A stretch of DNA of 49,421 nucleotides from Acidobacteriota bacterium (GTDB taxonomy: Bacteria > Acidobacteriota > Terriglobia > Terriglobales > Acidobacteriaceae): contig JAGWML010000001.1 of assembly GCA_028873155.1 (NCBI GenBank), positions 1-49,421 on the forward strand. The letters run 5' to 3'. Below, piece by piece: positions 47,227-49,421 of this stretch (positions are counted from its first letter, which is position 1; each line of letters begins with the position of its first letter). A model generated the notes under the pieces. The model ran no database searches, was not told the origin of the DNA, and was given only the letters and a program-made list of their open reading frames with translations. The translations under genes were made by a program, and so were the position numbers.

Positions 47227-48339
47227 CTACAGCGTGCGCTTGAACAACGGCGTCGCAAGAAGCAATGTCCCGATCCCAAATGTGAAGAGAAACAGCAGAT
47301 CCCCCTGGATTGCCGCGAATCCCCCGTCTTTTAAGAGAATTGCCTTGAACCCGTGAATCGCATACGTGAACGGATCGACGATCGCAATCGCCCGCAGCCA
47401 CGGCGGGAACGCCGCAATCGGATAAATCGCGCCCGACGGGAAGAACAGAAGCGTATTCAGCACTCCGAACATCGCGCGCGGCACCAGCGGATCGTCCACC
47501 CGCACCATCATCAGGAACATCATCCCGTTGAATGCAATTGAGGTGCCCACAATCAGCGCCAGCAGTTGCAGCAGCGCCAGTGGATGAAAGATCACTCCCA
47601 GCCCCGCCATCAAAGACCCAATCACCGTCAGCGAGATCCCGCTCAACACGGCCTTGATGGCCCCGGCGATGTTCAGCCCCATCACCAGTTCCAGCTTGGT
47701 GATCGGCGTCACCAGGTAGCCTTCATGCACGCCTCGCGCCTTGTCGTCGATATACAGCATGCCGCCGCCAATCATCACCGAGATATACATCGCCAGTGAG
47801 ATCGAACCCGACAGCAGGTACTTCATGTACTCGACAAACGGATACAACTCCACAATCTCCAGCGCAATGTTCTTCACCAGCCGCGGCTGAATCACCGGCT
47901 GATTCAGCGCATCCACCAGCGACTGCACCTCACCCTCAATGCTCCCGCTCATGAACTGGTCCGAGTTGTCCACCACCAGCCCCAGACGGGGCGCATCCTG
48001 CGCATACACGCGCCGCGAAAACTGCGCCGGAATAATCACCGCCGCATCCACGCGCCCCTCGCGTACATCGTCCCGCGCCTTGCTTTCGTCCGTGTACTCC
48101 ACGGCGTTGAAGGTCGCAATGTTGACCGCCACGGTGTCGAACGCCTCACGAATCTTCACCGCCTCCGGCCCGTGGTCGTAGTCCACAAAAGCCACGCGCG
48201 CTCCGCGAATCTTGCCTCCAAATGCATTGCCCAGAATGACCAGCTGCACCAGCGGCAGCATCATCGACATGATCATCAGCATCGGCGAGCGGAAGAACTT
48301 CCGCATCTCCCTTTCGACAATGGCAAGCATCCGGTTCAT
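47227..48339 (-). CDS. ABC-2 type exporter permease
   Basis: REMRKFFR, periplasmic loop, YLVTP, FPSGAIYP…P.WL…DP.TY. Confidence 0.93.
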   Translation of the reverse strand: MNRMLAIVEREMRKFFRSPMLMIMSMMLPLVQLVILGNAFGGKIRGARVAFVDYDHGPEAVKIREAFDTVAVNIATFNAVEYTDESKARDDVREGRVDAAVIIPAQFSRRVYAQDAPRLGLVVDNSDQFMSGSIEGEVQSLVDALNQPVIQPRLVKNIALEIVELYPFVEYMKYLLSGSISLAMYISVMIGGGMLYIDDKARGVHEGYLVTPITKLELVMGLNIAGAIKAVLSGISLTVIGSLMAGLGVIFHPLALLQLLALIVGTSIAFNGMMFLMMVRVDDPLVPRAMFGVLNTLLFFPSGAIYPIAAFPPWLRAIAIVDPFTYAIHGFKAILLKDGGFAAIQGDLLFLFTFGIGTLLLATPLFKRTL

Positions 48340-49376
48340 GAGTTTGCTCCCGGTCGCGGAGGCATCGTAAACACGGCCTTCACCTGCTCATCGCGCAACT
48401 GCCGTCCTGTGTAGTGCACAAAGACATCGTCCAGCGATGTATTCTGCACGCTGAGCGAACTGAGCTGTTCTCCCAGCGATGCCGCCATCTCCACCAGTTG
48501 TGTCGTGGTCTGCGAGCCGTTCGACGTCAGCACGCGGTACACACCCGCCGACTGCGACTGCACCTCCGTCACATCCGGCAGCGCCCTCAGCCTGCCCATC
48601 CACTCATCGGACTCGCGCGCAAACTGCACCTCCACCACATTCGAACCCGGCACGCTCTGCTTCAGCTCCACCGGCGTGCCCAGCGCCACCAGCGTTCCAT
48701 GGTCCACAATCGCAATGCGGTCGCAGAGCCGGTCCGCCTCTTCCATGTAGTGCGTCGTCACCAGCATCGTCAGGTTGCGGGTCTTCTTCAGGTTGTTCAG
48801 CATCTCCCACACCGCAATGCGCGAAACCGGGTCCAGTCCCGTCGTCGGCTCATCCAGAAAGAAAATCCGTGGGTCGTGCACCAAGCCCCGCGCAATCTCC
48901 AGCCGCCGTCGCATGCCGCCCGAAAGTGTCTTCGTCTCCGCCGTGCGCCACTTCGCCAGGTCTACCGCCTCCAGCACTTCAGCGATATTCCGCTCGCGCT
49001 GCTCCCGCGGCACAGAGTAGAGCTTGGCATAGATGCTAAGGTTCTCTTCGACCGTCAGATCCTGGTCGCTCGTCAGCGCCTGCGGAATCACGCCAATCGC
49101 CCGCCGCACCGCATCCGCCTCCTTCATCACATCGTGACCCGCCACCAACGCGCGCCCGCTCGTCACCGGAATCAGCGTGGTCATCATGCGAATCAGCGTG
49201 CTCTTGCCCGCGCCGTTCGGCCCCAGCAGCCCGAAGATCTCCCCCTCTTTGACCGAAAAGCTCACGCCCTTCACTGCTTCAAACACGCCATACTTCTTGA
49301 CGATGTTCTCGACAGCGATCGCCGCCGGCGCCGTGCCGTTTTTCGCATTCACCGCGGGCTGAAGCGCGCTGCTCAT
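48336..49376 (-). CDS. ABC exporter ATP-binding protein (DrrA-like)
   Basis: GPNGAGKST, LSGGM, LDEPTTGLDP, TTHYMEEA. Confidence 0.95.
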   Translation of the reverse strand: MSSALQPAVNAKNGTAPAAIAVENIVKKYGVFEAVKGVSFSVKEGEIFGLLGPNGAGKSTLIRMMTTLIPVTSGRALVAGHDVMKEADAVRRAIGVIPQALTSDQDLTVEENLSIYAKLYSVPREQRERNIAEVLEAVDLAKWRTAETKTLSGGMRRRLEIARGLVHDPRIFFLDEPTTGLDPVSRIAVWEMLNNLKKTRNLTMLVTTHYMEEADRLCDRIAIVDHGTLVALGTPVELKQSVPGSNVVEVQFARESDEWMGRLRALPDVTEVQSQSAGVYRVLTSNGSQTTTQLVEMAASLGEQLSSLSVQNTSLDDVFVHYTGRQLRDEQVKAVFTMPPRPGANS

Positions 49377-49420
49377 TGCTTCACCAACCTGCTCTTCGGG
49401 ATGTACACCTCGGCAATCAT
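49373..49420 (-). CDS. 3' end of upstream CDS (probably HlyD-family adaptor), truncated by the window edge
   Basis: …MIAEVYIPKSRLVKQ* with an ATGA overlap onto the ATPase. Resembles the PGMxAEV end of adaptors. Confidence 0.55.
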   Translation of the reverse strand: MIAEVYIPKSRLVKQ

Positions 49421-49421
49421 T

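Overview
GC-rich bacterial chromosomal window. Gene content suggests Acidobacteriaceae (inference). It holds about 48 mostly housekeeping or envelope CDSs, including pncB, bshA, carA/carB, lepB, murQ, cpaB/cpaC, holA, lptE, aroK, cyoE and an ABC exporter, plus tRNA-Val(TAC). There is no CRISPR array, rRNA or prophage. The most notable features are non-coding. (1) A HUH/Y1 REP-associated tyrosine transposase (RAYT) sits between carA and carB. It is bracketed by two inverted 69-bp double-hairpin REP units with compensatory base changes. (2) A 272-bp transposase-less MITE-like element has 28-bp terminal inverted repeats ending in CTAG and a multi-stem interior. It sits on the stop codon of a gene just upstream of lepB. 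(3) Two pairs of repeated alternative-sigma promoters occur: ECF-like GGAACCA-N13-TGCGTAT and sigma28-like TCAT-N15-(G/T)CCGATAA. (4) A possible switchable RBS-sequestering leader lies before a degenerate EAL-HDOD gene. (5) An orphan secreted protein with a C-terminal membrane module lies between the two mobile elements. All calls come from reading the sequence; no searches were run.
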